Part shown: piece after piece, positions 13,156-30,687 of the stretch
Position numbering within the stretch: the first letter of the stretch is position 1
Layout: each line of letters starts with the position of its first letter
Source: the human T2T-CHM13v2.0 reference genome, Homo sapiens
Reading direction: 5' to 3' (one strand)
NCBI RefSeq assembly: GCF_009914755.1
Contig: NC_060948.1
Length of the DNA stretch: 64,000 nucleotides
Program-made: the position numbers and the translations under genes
Notes under the pieces: generated by a model
Seen by the model: only the letters and a program-made list of their open reading frames with translations
What the model was told of the DNA's origin: nothing
The model's database searches: none

Positions 13156-14744
13156 ACAGAACAACTCAAATTTTCTGCGTCCTTAACCATGATGATCCTC
13201 AATCTTTTTATTTGACAAAACAATTATTTTATTTTGATTGTTCTCAAAAAGTGGTTATAATCAATCACACTTTAAAATTATATTATTTCCAAAAAATAAA
13301 TTTGTATTTTATAAATTAAAATCAAAATATAAAAATTTTATATTGTTTCTGATAACTTTAGAGATTATATGATTAGAGTAGATAAAAACTTACAAAATGC
13401 TAAAAAAGAAATGCTGATATGTTCATACATGTTGCTAACACCAAGTAGAAAAAAATTAACTAAAGGGGATAAAACTGAGAAAATAGTCAAATAATTGTTG
13501 TAATTTTACTTTAAACTATTGCTGCTTTATTTTGTGTTTTTTGCCAAAGTTAAGAAAACCTTATTTCTTTTTATGCTATTTATAACTTGTAAAAATGATT
13601 AAAATATACTTTTATAAGACAAATTAAAGCTTTTGCCTTTATCTCTATCTAAAGTCTTCAAAATTCAAACACTATTTTATGAATCTTCTGATTTTATGAA
13701 AAGATAGTTATGTATATGAATTCAATAAAAAAGAGATCTGTACTTTCCTGGTAGCAGCACACAATTGGAGTCATTAGAAATTTTACCAAGGCATTGATTT
13801 AAAATGAATATTTTCAAATTTGACCAGACTGCTTCAAAAATGATTTGACTTTATGGAGATCATAAGAAGTCGTTTAAAAAGACTTGCCTTACTTCTAGTC
13901 TACACTGCTTATAGTTTTCCTGACCTTTTACCCAACAAGCTTGTTATAGACAACTTGATATAAACTTAAAAAGTTGGAGCTTATATATAAGCAAGTTTAA
14001 GGCCTCTTGAGTATAAATTACTCAAGGATCTCCAAGGAAGACTTGAACTATAACCCAAAAAGTTTGTCAAAATGCCATTTAAACTAAAAATGTTTCTGAG
14101 ATTCTTAAAAACTAGTTTTTAGACTAATTAGTTCATTAGGGTTTTTATTGTTTTCATAAAAATAAATTTTATTCAAAATATTTTTATGGCCAGGCATGGT
14201 GGCTCACACCTGTAATCCTGGCACTTTGGGAGGCTGAGGTGGGTGAATCATGAGGTCAGGAGTTAGAGACCAACCCATCTCTACTAAAAGTACAAAAAAT
14301 TATCTGCGGATAGTGGTGCTCACCTGTAGTCCTGGCTACTCAGGAGGCTGAGGCACAAAGATTGCTTGCACCCAGGAGGTGGAGGTTGCAGTGAGCCAAG
14401 ATCACACCACTGCACTCCAACCCTGGTGACAGAGAGAGATTCCCTATATATACATGTATATATATTTACATCGATCATATAGTGAGTCTTAACTGTGAGA
14501 GACATTTTGCAATGCCATCTTTTGAAGTGAAATACATTTGTTTAATTTTACTGATATATTCTCAGGAATCAGAGATTAATTCAACAAGATATTAAATAAA
14601 ATACATAATATTTATTCTTTTCTACTTATCACAATCTTTTCCCCCTTCTTTCTATGTCTCTTATCAAAACTTCTGACTTAAGCTTCTCAAACTCTGCTTT
14701 TAATATCTCAAATGTTCTAAATGTAAAAGTTTTATAGAGAGGAC
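13156..14744 (+). mobile_element. MER4-group ERV1 internal sequence (right part)
   Basis: AT-rich internal sequence ending in purine-rich agagaggac directly before an LTR start. Confidence 0.6.
14188..14445 (+). mobile_element. AluS with small internal deletion; tail replaced by TA-rich sequence
   Basis: ggccaggcatggtggctcac...gacagag; ~20 bp missing after gagacc. Confidence 0.9.
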
Positions 14745-15255
14745 TGAAGGAAATCAAAATATTTTACTTTGAAATATTTTTATTTGATATATTTGAGATG
14801 GCTATGCAAAGGGCCTGCAAGGAGAAGAAATCCTCAAAGCTGTTTTTTTTTTTTTTTTTTTTAAAAAAGAGTCATATTTGCATAGAAAATTTACATTAAT
14901 GCAGCCAGACTTAGAAATACTGAGTGACAAATTTAAAAAGCTGGAAAAAAAAATGTACTATTCTATCTGAGGACTGCCTTCTATGAGATTTAATCTATAT
15001 AACAAGATAAAGTTTGCTAGCTAGGCCTTCTCTTCTCCTCTTTCTATAACTTAAGCATCTTTAGTTCTAGTTGCAATTTGACATAATTTTTTGGATTATA
15101 GTTTGCTCACTGTAACTTGTTTTTTCATGCTTCAAGCATCCATTTTTTCCTCTAAGCTCAATTAGTATAAAAGCATTAAAGATCTGGCTGTTTATTTGAA
15201 TTTTTATGTTTTATATAATGCTCATACATGTTAATAAATTTATATACCCATTTAT
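14745..15255 (+). repeat. MER4-group LTR (subfamily uncertain), cut off by an L1
   Basis: Starts tgaaggaaatcaaaatatttt; TATA-like gtataaaa near 15166 and AATAAA near 15233. Confidence 0.65.
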
Positions 15256-15259
15256 TTTT

Positions 15260-18953
<3,694 letters not shown>

Positions 18954-19411
18954 GGCAGGAGATCGGTCAGAGTGGTGGGAGAAATTTATAGGGAAAGGAG
19001 CAGGCCTTCTGAAAGGTCAGAAGCCTCTGCATAGCTTCAGGGGAGAATAGCTGAAGGCAGCTGTTCTCTATCTCTGAGGCAGACAGCAAGCGGTAGGTAC
19101 AAGGAAGTGTAGGGGAATTTATCTTAAACAGGCTTATTCACTTATATTGACCAGGAACTGATGCTTGATCATCCAGGTGCATGACACTCCCTGAAAGGGG
19201 AACAATAAATATTAATTTCCCACAGATTGTGTTTGCTCCAGGCTCTCAGCATTATGCCTGCACTGAATAAAAGCAAGCAGCTCTAGCTTCTCGAGGCTAC
19301 ACTTTGGCCACTAGAGCTAGGCAGACCCCTACCGGATCTTACACTGCATACCTGTGTCTAAGTATTCCTTTTATCTGTCACTCGGCCAGGGTCTGCACAA
19401 AAAACATGGCA
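18954..19411 (+). repeat. LTR22-family 5' LTR
   Basis: aggagatcggtcagagtggtgggagaaa start, AATAAA near 19266, ends ..ggca; followed by tagtgtcctttgtgagga (decayed TGGTGCCCCGTGTGAGGA, tRNA-Met PBS) at 19414-19431. Confidence 0.85.
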
Positions 19412-19478
19412 GGTAGTGTCCTTTGTGAGGAACACTGCAATGGATCACAACAGAACCCTCAAAAATGAAGGTGAAGTG

Positions 19479-19704
19479 GGCCGGGCGCAGTGGCTCACGC
19501 CTGTAATCCCAGCACTTTGGGAGGCCGAGGCTTGCAGATCACGAGGTCATGAGATCAAGGCCAGCCTGACCAACATAGTGAAACCCTGTCTCTACTAAAA
19601 ATACAAACAATTAGCTGGGTGTGGTGGTGCGTGCCTGTAGTCCTAGCTACTTGGGCACTCTAGCCTGGGCAACAAGAGTGAAACTCCGTCTTAAAAAAAA
19701 AAAA
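19479..19704 (+). mobile_element. AluS in HML-5 leader, with internal deletion in right arm
   Basis: TSD gaaggtgaagtg at 19467-19478 and 19705-19716. Confidence 0.93.
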
Positions 19705-19788
19705 GAAGGTGAAGTGACTGCACAGTAAGTAATTTGTGTCTGTTCAGCATTCCCAAGTTGAAGGGGATTTTCAAGCTAGGGTTTCACC

Positions 19789-21170
19789 ATGGGACAACAG
19801 TTACCAGCTCAACAGCAACAGTATATAAAAGTATTGAAACAGCTACTTAAAGCAAGTGGAGCCTCGGTTTTGCAGGCTCGATTAAGGAAACTAATGCAAA
19901 CTGTTGTTTGCCATAACCCCCATGGTTACCTAAAGAAGGCACATTAGACTTAGAGCTCTGGGACTAAGTGGGGAGAAACTTAAATGACATCATGCAGAAG
20001 GGCAACATGTCCCAGTAACATCTTTAACGTTATGGGCCTTAGGTAGGGCTGCTTTGGCCCCACTCTACACAGAATAGCCTAAAAAGGGAAGGGAGGAAGA
20101 ACTATCATCTACCTTACCTCCTCCTCCTCTTCCCTCAGACCCACTGTTATCAAGTAAAGGTGCCACACAGGAGACAGAGATTTTCCCTGAGCCCCCTCCA
20201 CCAATAAATTGGAAAAAAGACAGATGATACACTACAGTTATGGGACCCTAACTTAGGAAAGCATATTAGAAGGGGAGCTCTTGGCCTACCCAGTGATGCA
20301 AGATCAACAAGGAAATCAGGTACATAAACCCATTATTTTCAACACTTACAAGGAAATGAGAAAAAACATTAGAGAAAATGGAGCTGCTAGCCCATTTACA
20401 AAAGGATTAATTGAGGCCATAGCAAACAACTACCATATAACCCTGTGGGACTGGTCAGTATTAGCTAAAACAACTTTAGAGGCCAGTCAATACCTCTAAA
20501 TGTCATGAGTTGTGAGGACAACAAGCCAATCAGAATCAATAGGCCAAGCAAAACATAATGGCTGCTACGTTCAGGGGAGGGGTCCCTGTATTAATGCACA
20601 ACAACAATTAAATTTTGTCCCTCTTTGCACAAGTATCTTTGTGCATTCACAGGATCTGGGACCAAATTCCCCAAGGCAGAATTCATCAGGGGGCTTTTGT
20701 AAATGTTTGACAAGGGCCTCAGGAGGCATTTGTTGAATTTATCAGTTGGTTGACCCACGCAATTGAGAGACAAATTACTCATGACTAGGCTGCTGATATC
20801 TTATTGTTGCAATTGGCTTAAAAAAATGCTAATGTAGACTGCCAGCAAGCAATGTAGGCAATCAGAGGAAACGCAGCTACAGTCAGGGGAACTTACATGA
20901 GGAAGTCAGCTGGTGCAGACTGAAACACACAAAGCCAGAATATTGGCAATGTCATTACAGCCTCCTAAAGTGAAAAGAGAGAAAAACCCAAATTGTTTCT
21001 ATGTGGAGAACCAGGTTATATGAAGCAGAAATGCCCCAATAGTAAAGACCAAAGTAACTCAGGAAAAGAACCTTCTTCTATATGCCCCTGAGGTAAAAAG
21101 GGACAACACTGGGCAAATCAAAGTAAGTCCAAATTTGATAAAAATGGCAACCCCCTAAGTAATTAAGTTG
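19789..21170 (+). pseudogene. gag: HML-5 gag, disrupted
   Basis: ATG GGA CAA CAG (MGQQLPAQQQQYIKVLKQLLKASG), CA fragment ORF 20281-20499, two decayed zinc knuckles ~20990-21125. Confidence 0.85.
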
Positions 21171-21179
21171 AAAACTTCA

Positions 21180-21905
21180 GCAGCTTTCCTAGATCAGATG
21201 GAAAGCCCTCAGTCCTCTTTCTCAGAGCAGCCACCACTGGGAACTCACAACTGGACTTACTCTGCCCCAACAAATTAGTGCTAAAAGAAGAAGACCCTAA
21301 AAGGGTTGCAACAAGAGTCTGGACCCACTGCCTCTGGAAACAGTGGGATTGGTCCTAGGGTGATCCAAACTATCCTGTAAAGGAATCAATGTGCTTACCA
21401 GAGTAATTGATAGTGATTATCAGGTGACATATTAGTTATGATGTAATCTAAAGGACTACATATGCTCTCCTATATCTAAGATAGCTGGATTACTACTTAC
21501 TATACTGGGTTCCCAATGCCCAGGGAAAGGAAAGGGGACAAGGATGTTTTGGAAGCTTGGGAGCCACAGGAGTATATTGGGACCAGTTAATCCCTGATCA
21601 GAAACCCGTGATTACCTTAAAAATGGGAAATAAAAATTTTACTGGCCTGTTGGATACAAGGGCAGACATTTCGATCATTAATGATTAAAACTGGCCAGAA
21701 ACTTGGCCCTATGTCACTCAGAATTAAAAAAACTGTCAGCATTGGGAAAGCACCGACAGCCAAGCAGAGCATGCACCTCCTAACATGTCATGATCTGGAG
21801 GGAAGAAAAGCAGTTATACAACCTTTAATCATCCCCATCCCTGTTAATCTTTGCGGATGGGATCTGTTAGTCCAATGGGGGGTCACCTTGCAGACCCTTT
21901 TCTAA
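21180..21905 (+). pseudogene. pro: HML-5 dUTPase-protease, disrupted
   Basis: dUTPase motif VIDSDY (21403-21420) and FGS tail; protease LLDTRAD (~21650) and IPVNLCGWDLL. Confidence 0.85.
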
Positions 21906-24480
21906 TAGTGGCCACTGCTGTATTTCCTCCCCTACTCCTGACATGGCTCTCTCAATATCCAATTTGAGTAGAACAGTGGCCTTTAGAGGGAGATAAATTA
22001 CAATGAGCCCATGAATTAGCTGAGGAACAATTCAAACCAGTCATACAGAACCATAAAACAGCCCTTGGAATTTGCCTGTTTTTGTCATTCCCAAAAATTC
22101 TGGTAGATGAAGAGTTTTGCATGACTTACATGCTATCAATGCTAATTTGCCCTGATGGGGCCCGTTCAACAGGGTCTCCCTTTTCAGGTGGTGATTCCTC
22201 GAGACTGGCCCATAGTCATTATTGACTTAAAAGACTGCTTTTTATACTAGTCCCCTTGCAGAACATGACATATAATAATTTGTGTTTGCAATACTAGCTA
22301 TCAATAATGAAAGTACAGCTCACCAATTTTGCTGGAAAGTATTTCCTCAAAGAATGCTAAACAGTCCTACCATGTGTCAGTATCATGTAAATCAGGCTTT
22401 GCTCCCCAGTAGAAAATAATTTCCTAATTGTGAGGTCATCCATACCAGCAGCCCCAAAGGAGCCAATACTTTTGAGTTTATATGCCTGTCAAAAGGACAC
22501 AGTTATGAGGTTTAATCATAGCACCTGAAAATGTACAGATGTCCTCCCCTTGGAAATATCTTGGATACATACTAACTTCCTGGTCCGTAAGACCTCAAAA
22601 GTTTAAATTGAATACTAACACCTTACACAGCTTAAATGATTGTCAAAAATTACTGGGCCCTATTAACTAGCCCTGCCCCACCTTGGGCATAAGTACTGAC
22701 AAATTACAGAACTTGTTTTCATCCTAAAGGGCAATGCAGCCCTGGACTCACCCAGTACTTAACCCCCACTGCAAAAAGAGAAATTGAGGAAATAGAACAA
22801 GCTATTTTTCAGGGGCAACTATATTGAATAGACCCACAATATTCAGTCCAATTGCTTGTTTTTCCTACTAAGCATTCTCCAACAAGATTAAAAGGACCAA
22901 TGGTCCCAGGGCTATGCTTCCTAGAATGGGGTTTTTGGTCACATACTGGGACTAGAACACTATCTCTCCATGTCCAGCTATTTAGTAAGTCATCTATACA
23001 GGTAGAAAACGATGCAATCAATTGCAAGTTTATGACCCTGATGTCATAAGAATACCCTTAAGTAAAAAACAATTTGAAGCACTCCTGCCCCTATTTCTAT
23101 ACTTTGAGATAGCACTCTCTGATTATGAGAGCCATGTAGAACATGCTCTTCCCATTGACAAACTACTTCAGTTCTTATCTCATGTTCCCGTAGTTATGCC
23201 TATGTAGGTAGTTCACTCCCCCATACCTAACACATTTATGCTTTTCACTGATGGCTCTGGTAAATATGGAAAAGCAGCTACCTGGTAGGAACCACAAAAC
23301 TCCCTCACTCGATCTGAATTTACTAGTACTCAGAGAGCTGAGGTTACAGCCCTAATATTGACCCTGGAAATCTTTTCCACTCAGCCCATCAATATTGTTA
23401 GTGACTCTGCTTACTCCGTTTATTTATTGCAAAACCTCAAAACAGCCCTCATGTCCACTACTGAGCCCACCCTGTGTGCCCTTTTTCTTCAACTTCAGCA
23501 ATGGCTGGATCAATGAAGACATTATATTTTAATTACACACATTCAGGCCCACATCTTGCTGCCCAGTCCACTAGTTCATGGCAATGATTAAGCAGACCTG
23601 AAAGTTATGACGTCAGTGCTTGACCAAGCCACCCAATCACATCACTTTTTCCACCAAAATTGGAGAAAATTAATTAAACAATTTCAACTAACCCAAAGAC
23701 TACCTAAACAAATTATTTTACAATGCACAGATTGCCAGCACACAGGCACATCCCATCCTTCAACAGGGGTTAACCCTGGAGGACTAGAACCTAATCAGTT
23801 ATGGCAAAAAGATGTTACACATGTCCCTGAATGTGGAAAACTAAGATACGTACATGTATCTGTTGATAACAATTCCCATCTAATTAGTGCTCATGCTCTT
23901 TCTGGAGAGTCCACATGATATGTCATTAAACATCTTTTCTTAACTTTTGCATTTATGGGGCAGGCCACCAAAATTAAAACTGGTAATGGCCTGGCTTTTA
24001 CACCTGCTCAGTTTCAAAAATTTTGTCACACATGGAACATCCAACATTCCATGGGTATCCCATATAACCCCCAAGGACAGGTCATAATAGAATGTGCCCA
24101 CTCCACCCTTAAAAATATGCTGAGAAAACAGAAAAGTGGGAATATGAGTAAGGACCCTGCAACACTATTGGCACAAGACTTATTTACCCTTAATTTCTTA
24201 AATTTAGGTGATAAATTTCCATCAGCTATAGAAAAGCACTTTGCAAAAGCCCCTCAAGACATAAAATCTGTGGTGTTATGGAAAGATGTAAATAGTAATA
24301 TATGGTGTGGTCCACATGACTTAATGTGGGGAAGAGGATATGCTTGTGTTCACACCCCCTCAGGTCTTCTTTGGATTCCAGTGTGAAGCATCAAACCATA
24401 CCATGGCATGGCTGGGACCCCATCCGGTAGCAGAAATGAAGGAAATGACCCTGCAGGACCCGCAGCCCCAGATGATGCAG
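21906..24480 (+). pseudogene. pol: HML-5 pol, disrupted
   Basis: IDLKDCF RT motif, RNase H FTDGS, integrase HHCC (SHHFFHQN..CTDC), WQKDVTH, GIPYNPQGQ, WGRGYACV. Confidence 0.88.
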
Positions 24481-25075
24481 CTTCCTCAGGTGACACAGGC
24501 CCCAGACATTACCTGGGGGTTGCTGAAGAAGACAACTCAGGCTGAGCGAATCTTGCTTCAGACAAAGACACCATTTACTCCAGATAATTTGTTCCTCACT
24601 ATGCTTTCTGTTACGTAATGCAACTGTCATAGGGTATTAACATTTCTTATTCTCTCACTTTGCCTGCAATCTGCACCTACTACTCTCTATTGGGCCCATC
24701 TTCTGGATTCACCTTTCTTCTGCCCTGTTACTTGGGTGGACACCCCCTTCCCAGCCTCTAACAACATGACTACTTGGCTGGGAGGGATTGACATACCCCG
24801 TTAGGGTCCCTTCTTAATGACACATGTTGGGCTGAGATGTCAGGTAACACTACATATCACTCCACAATCCTCCCACTGAATGTAAGTTATAACAGTGCTA
24901 AACCTTACTGTGTGCCTGCCCAAAAACAATTATGGCTACATTGTGGCAAAGGAAATGCCTTAACATTCTTGGTTGCAGGTAGCCTCAAATCAGGCAGTGC
25001 AAACAATGGCACATTCCCTGATATTCCTCTCTGTGCTAAAGAACAAAGCCAGGAAAGTAATGGATTCCACTTTGG
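24405..25075 (+). pseudogene. env: HML-5 env 5' part, truncated
   Basis: Leader DITWGLLKKTTQAERILLQTKTPFTPDNLFLTMLSV typical of HML env; stops abruptly at an Alu. Confidence 0.8.
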
Positions 25076-25290
25076 CTATAGTGCAGTGGTGCAATCATAG
25101 TGCACTGCAGCCTCCAACTCCTGCTCGAGCAGTACTCCTGCCTCAGCCCCCACAGTAGCCAGGATTACACACATGTACTACCATGCCAGACTAATTTTTT
25201 TTCTTTAATTTTGTAGATATGAGGTCTCACTTTGTTCCTCAGTCTGGTCATGATCTCCTGGGTTCAAGCAGTCCTCCTGCCTCAGCCTAC
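25076..25290 (-). mobile_element. AluJ fragment (both ends missing)
   Basis: gtgcagtggtgcaatcatag..ctgcagcctcc..gagcagt; no poly-T tail. Confidence 0.85.
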
Positions 25291-25436
25291 CAACATGGCA
25301 AAACCACCTGTCTACAAATAATACAAAAATTAGCCAGGTATAGCGTTATATGCCTGTAGTCCCAGCGGCTCAGCAAGCTGAGATTGGTGGATCACTTGAG
25401 CTCAAGGCATGAAGACCACATGCCTGTAGTCCCAGC
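25291..25436 (+). mobile_element. AluJ, left piece (split by provirus)
   Basis: caacatggcaaaacc..tgcctgtagtcccagc; continues at 31212. Confidence 0.8.
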
Positions 25437-25897
25437 TGTTAGTCCAGACTACATCACTATGTAAGCTCCCTGCTATTGTGCAGAGCTTGGTCAAAGTGTA
25501 ATATTTCATAGGGGGTTGGACCATGTGAAACATCCTGCCTGATATTTCACATCATCATAAGGCAGATAAAGGCCCAACTAAATAAACATCCCTATCATAT
25601 TTTACTGGGCAAAGGTCCAAAGAACACCATGATGACATCCTGCTGGAAGACCAGAACTGCATCATCATGAGAACATCTTATCAATATCCTGCCAATAGCA
25701 AGCCATGCTGCCCAGACTCCTCCCACTCATACCTATAAGTAACCCCACTCTGTAAGCACTTGTGGGCTCTTGCATTAGGCTGGTCTCCCACTTCTGCAGG
25801 CTTTATGCTATCCATAAAGCCTGTATTTGCTGTTGAGTTGCCCTCTTTCTACATGTATGTCTTTCTTTAACCCTTGCCTTCCTTCCAAAACCTAACA
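25437..25897 (+). repeat. 5' LTR of Phe-primed provirus
   Basis: TG..CA termini, homologous to 30688-31211. Confidence 0.9.
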
Positions 25898-26502
25898 TTT
25901 TGGTGCCAAAACTCAGGATGGGGATTGGGTTCTAATGGGTAACTCTCCTCTTGCAACCTGGAAAGCAGCAATCAACAAAAACTAGACCTGGACTTGCTTC
26001 CATGTCCTGAGAGGACTCCCTGTTCCCAGCTCCATTCCCTTATTCTCTTTACTTCTCCAGCCCTAGGTTAACCTCCAGATGCTAATCAAACTCCTCTTTT
26101 TCCTTCCTTCCCTTTTTCAGGCTGCTTCAGGAAGGATTAATCCTATTGCTGGACATCACATCCAACACAAGTCTCCAATTAGTGAGTGAGTCTCCCTTCC
26201 TCCTTTCCAGATTTCTCTGTATTTTTGGTTTCAGAAAATCTTAGCACTAGGTGAGAGGTCTCCCCAGTCACCAGGTTACTGTGGCCTGCCTTCTCAGGGG
26301 ACATCTTCAGAACACACACCACTCTGGCTGCTCCAGTCACTGGGGGAGAGCAAAGAGCTGCAGGGATGCCCCAGATCTTGAATGGGGTACTCACTCCCAT
26401 CCTCTAAAATTTCTTACCCTTCCAGCCACAAATACAGGGCAAGGCTCCTTAAAAACTCCACAAGACACTACACTCAGATGTCTCATCTGGAAACTCTAAG
26501 AG

Positions 26503-26865
<363 letters not shown>

Positions 26866-28702
26866 CTAAACACTTTATTCACTCCTGTCACATGTCTCAT
26901 CTGGATCCTCCAACCCTGTGGCTTGGCGGAGTCCATTAAAACTGAATGCCTTGCTTTGCCTTGCTTTCTTTTGTACTTTCCTCTGTAATATTGGCTAGCC
27001 CAATGTAAACTGGACATAATAGTCAATGACCAAAAAGCAAAACTTTCAACTTCCAAATTCAACATAATCTACAAAACTTCCTTCAATGCAATGGGAAATG
27101 ATCCAAAGTGCTTTGCTTATGTCCACTCATGGCTCTCTTTCTCTCTTTGCCAATCCTGTTCACTTTCTGAAATCCTCATCTTCAATTAAAAAAAAAAAAC
27201 CCAACCCACAAAAATGTCTCATCCTCTGGACAAGCTTCCCCCTCTAAATTCAAACCAGCCAGCAAACAATGTCTCATGTCCAACCCGCTTCTGCCAAAAA
27301 CCAGGCACATGCCCAGAGGCCCTCCAAAGTCCTCCCATTATGGGAGGTGGCAGGGCTGAAGGCATAATCTGAATTCGTATTCCCTTCTCCCTAGCCAGCC
27401 TCTTCCAGCTAAAAAGAGACTTGGCTCATTTTCCATGGATCCTACATCCTTCATCAAGGGATTTTTGTATGCCACTCAATCTTATAAACTTATTTGGCAC
27501 GCCATATGTCATCCTCCCTTCCACCCTCACCTGCAGGATAGGGAACACATCTGGACAGCCACCCAGGCCTATGCAACTACCCTCCACCAAAAAGATGTTG
27601 CCCATAACCCAACAGTTCTGGGATCCTAACTGTCCCCAGAACTAATCCCAATTGGGGTTATCAGGCATCTTCCACAGACAGACAGAAACAAGACCATATA
27701 ATATCATGCCTCCTACCTGGCATGGATAAAGCTGCCTCTGCTGTTTTTGTCTCCTGCCATTCAAAGGCAATGAATAAATATACCACCTTAAACCCTAATA
27801 CAAGTAAAAGCAGAATCAACCTCCATTTACACTTTATTTTCCAGGCAGCCCCTGATGTCTAAAAGAAACTTTAAAAACTGGAGTATGGCCCTCAAACTTC
27901 CTAAAGAGATTTACCCCAAGTGGCCTGTAAGGCTTTTAACAATAGAGAGGAAAATCTGAAAACCCAGATGCTTAAAGAACCCAAGCTAAATACAAAATGC
28001 TGGCAGCTGTGATACAACAGGGTTCCCAACACATACAGAAATCCTCAACCTTGGAACAAACTTTGTCAAGAAGCCTGTCTGAAGTATGTTTAACAGGGTC
28101 ACTGGTCAAAAGCCTGCCCTAATCCCAGGTGACCCTCAAAACCTTACCCTATCTGTGATATAAAGGAACTCTGAAAGCCATCCTGTGCTCAGCAAAACTC
28201 TATCTTGCTTCACCACCATTAACTGAAGACTGATGAGGCCTGGAGTCCACCCCCACCACCATCACCACCTCAGAACTCAGGGTAACACTTTCAGTCACTG
28301 GTAAGCCTCTGTCTTTTCTCTTTCACATGGGAATGCAGTTTCACCAGAATATTGTGGACCTCTCCTCAGTTCTATCTCTATTGTGGGCATCAATGGAATC
28401 CCCTCTAGGCACAAAGAGACTGGTCCTCTATTATGAAACCTATTCAACACCCTCTTCTTGGTTATCTCTCAATGCCCTACCCCTACCTTGGGGTGGGACA
28501 TACTAAGTAAATTCTGGACCTCAACACAATTTGCTTCCTGCAGTTCTAACCCTTTTGTTTTCCTCTGCCAACTGAATGCTTCCCTCTCCTTTCCCTCATC
28601 ATCATTTATCCACCCTTTTACCTTCTGTTAATCATAAAGTTGGAACATTTCTAAACTCACAGTAGACGCACATCACATGTCAGTTAATAGAACCCTCCAA
28701 AG

Positions 28703-28998
28703 ACCAGGGGCAGTGGCTCATGCCTGTAATCCCAGCACTTTGGGAGCTGAGGGGCTCAGATCACGAGGTCAGGAGTTTGAGACCAGTGTAGCCAATATGG
28801 TGAAACCCTGTCTTTACTAAAAAAATACAAAACCTAACCAGGCATGGTAGCATGTGCCTCCAGTCCCAGCTAGTCAGGAGGCTGGGGCATGAGAATCACT
28901 GAAACCAGGAGGCAGAGGTTGCTGTGAGCTAAGATCATGCCACTGCACTCCAGCCTGTGTGACAGAGCGAGAGTCTGTCTCAAAAAAAAAAAAAAAAA
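28703..28998 (+). mobile_element. AluS inserted in pol
   Basis: Full dimer; TSD-like aatagaaccctccaaa / aatagaacactctaaa. Confidence 0.93.
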
Positions 28999-30450
28999 AT
29001 AGAACACTCTAAAACCCCTCAATATTCCCTTGTCAGTCTCAATATCTCCTTAACACAATTGGCCTTCGGGGCCTTAAACTTATTATCTGTAAACTTTTAC
29101 AAGCTCAAATTCTCAAGCCTGTCAACTCTTCCAACAACAACCACATCCTGGCTGTCAAAAAACAGATGGGTCTTACTGCTTGGTCCATCATCTCCCAAGT
29201 TGTTAACCAGGCAGCGGTGCCAATCCACATGGTCCCGAACCCATATACTTTACTCTCCCAAATGCCCCCAGAACTACATGCTTCTCAGTGTTGGATCTAA
29301 AGGATGCCTTTTTCACTATTCTGTTAAATCAAGCTTCCCAAAATCTTTTTCCCTTCAACTGGTCAGATCTCTATACTCATATTTCTACCCAATGAACATG
29401 GACCATAATACTCCTGCAGGGACTCTGGGATACCCTCCACTTATTCGGACAAGTCTTCACCAAGGATGTAGCTGAACTTCCCCTTGCTTCTAGAACTCTG
29501 CTCCAATATATTGATGACCTCCTCCACTGTAGCCCCTCCCTTAACCTGTCCATCCACACACCACTCAACTTTTAAACTTCCTCCATAGTCAAGGATATAA
29601 TATCTCACCCACAAAGGCTCAGGTAGCCCAAATCCAGGTCTCTTACCTTGGACTTGTTCTAACCCCAAATTCTCAGGCTATCCCAGACCAATGAAAGGAC
29701 CTAATTTGGGCCATGCCCCTTTGCCACAGAAAGACCTCTTCTCCTTCTTGGGGCTTGCAGGCTACTTCTGGCTGTGGATTTCCAACATTTGCCTGCTGAC
29801 CAAGCCACTTTACACAGCTTTACATGGTCCCATTTTGGAATCCCTAAATTCAGCTTGTCCCATCAATTCCCACTTAAAAAAACTAAAAAATGTCCTTTTA
29901 ATGGCTCTGACACTGGGACTGCCAAACCCCACCAAGCCCTTTATTCTGCATGTACATTCTAACCAAGGCCTTGCTCTTGGATTACTCTGCCAAACATACA
30001 GCAACTCCCCACAAGCCATTGCATACCTCTTAAAACAGCTGGACTCTGTCATTCAAGGCTGGCCACCCTGCTTAAAAATCTTGGTTGTGGACATATTGCG
30101 GGCCTCAGAGGCTGAGAAACTCACACTCCACCAATACATTAGTATTGCATCTTCCCATAACCTACAGAATCTCATAAGCCATCAATATCTTCTATCCCTG
30201 CCACCTACCCACTTACAACAGGTCCATGCCTTATTTATAGGAAACCCTCTAATCACCTTCCAGAGATATAAAGCTTTTAACCCAGACACCCTCTTCCCTG
30301 TAGACACCTCTGACTCTAAGCTCTCTCATACCTGCCTGGAACTCTCAAATTCTTCTTCCCTCTCTTCCCACTTCCAACACATTTTGGGAGCCCCTTTACA
30401 AGGAACACCTACATGGTTCATTAACAGAAACTCTTTTCAAGAGCCATGTC
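28999..30450 (+). pseudogene. pol: pol (RT, connection, start of RNase H) of Phe-primed provirus
   Basis: LLQYIDDLL at ~29498-29524; ORF 29691-30518 with FLGLAGYF, LGLPNPTKPF, QLDSVIQGWPPCL. Confidence 0.88.
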
Positions 30451-30687
30451 CAGCTTTATCCCACTTTATCACCCAAAGACTAAACACTCTCCCAAGTAAC
30501 CAGCCAGAAACACATTGATACCATTCTTCTCCTCTGCCAGGTCTGGTATCAGTGCCTCCAGGAAAGCAACTCTGAAGCTGAACACCCACTGCTTCAAAAC
30601 CCAACTATGAGTACATGGCCCCTATTCAGCTGTAAAAGACAGATACTCAACAATGACCCCCTTCATTCTTAAACTAAAAGGCAAGAA

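Larger units (their letters stand above)
18954..25075 (+). mobile_element. HERV-K(HML-5)/HERVK22 provirus lacking 3' env and 3' LTR
   Basis: LTR22-like LTR, Met-type PBS, betaretroviral gag, dUTPase-protease, pol, env start. Confidence 0.88.

Noticed and set aside
29691-30518. 275-aa ORF as a domesticated pol gene
   Set aside because: Lacks the YIDD motif and runs across a deletion junction; residual open frame
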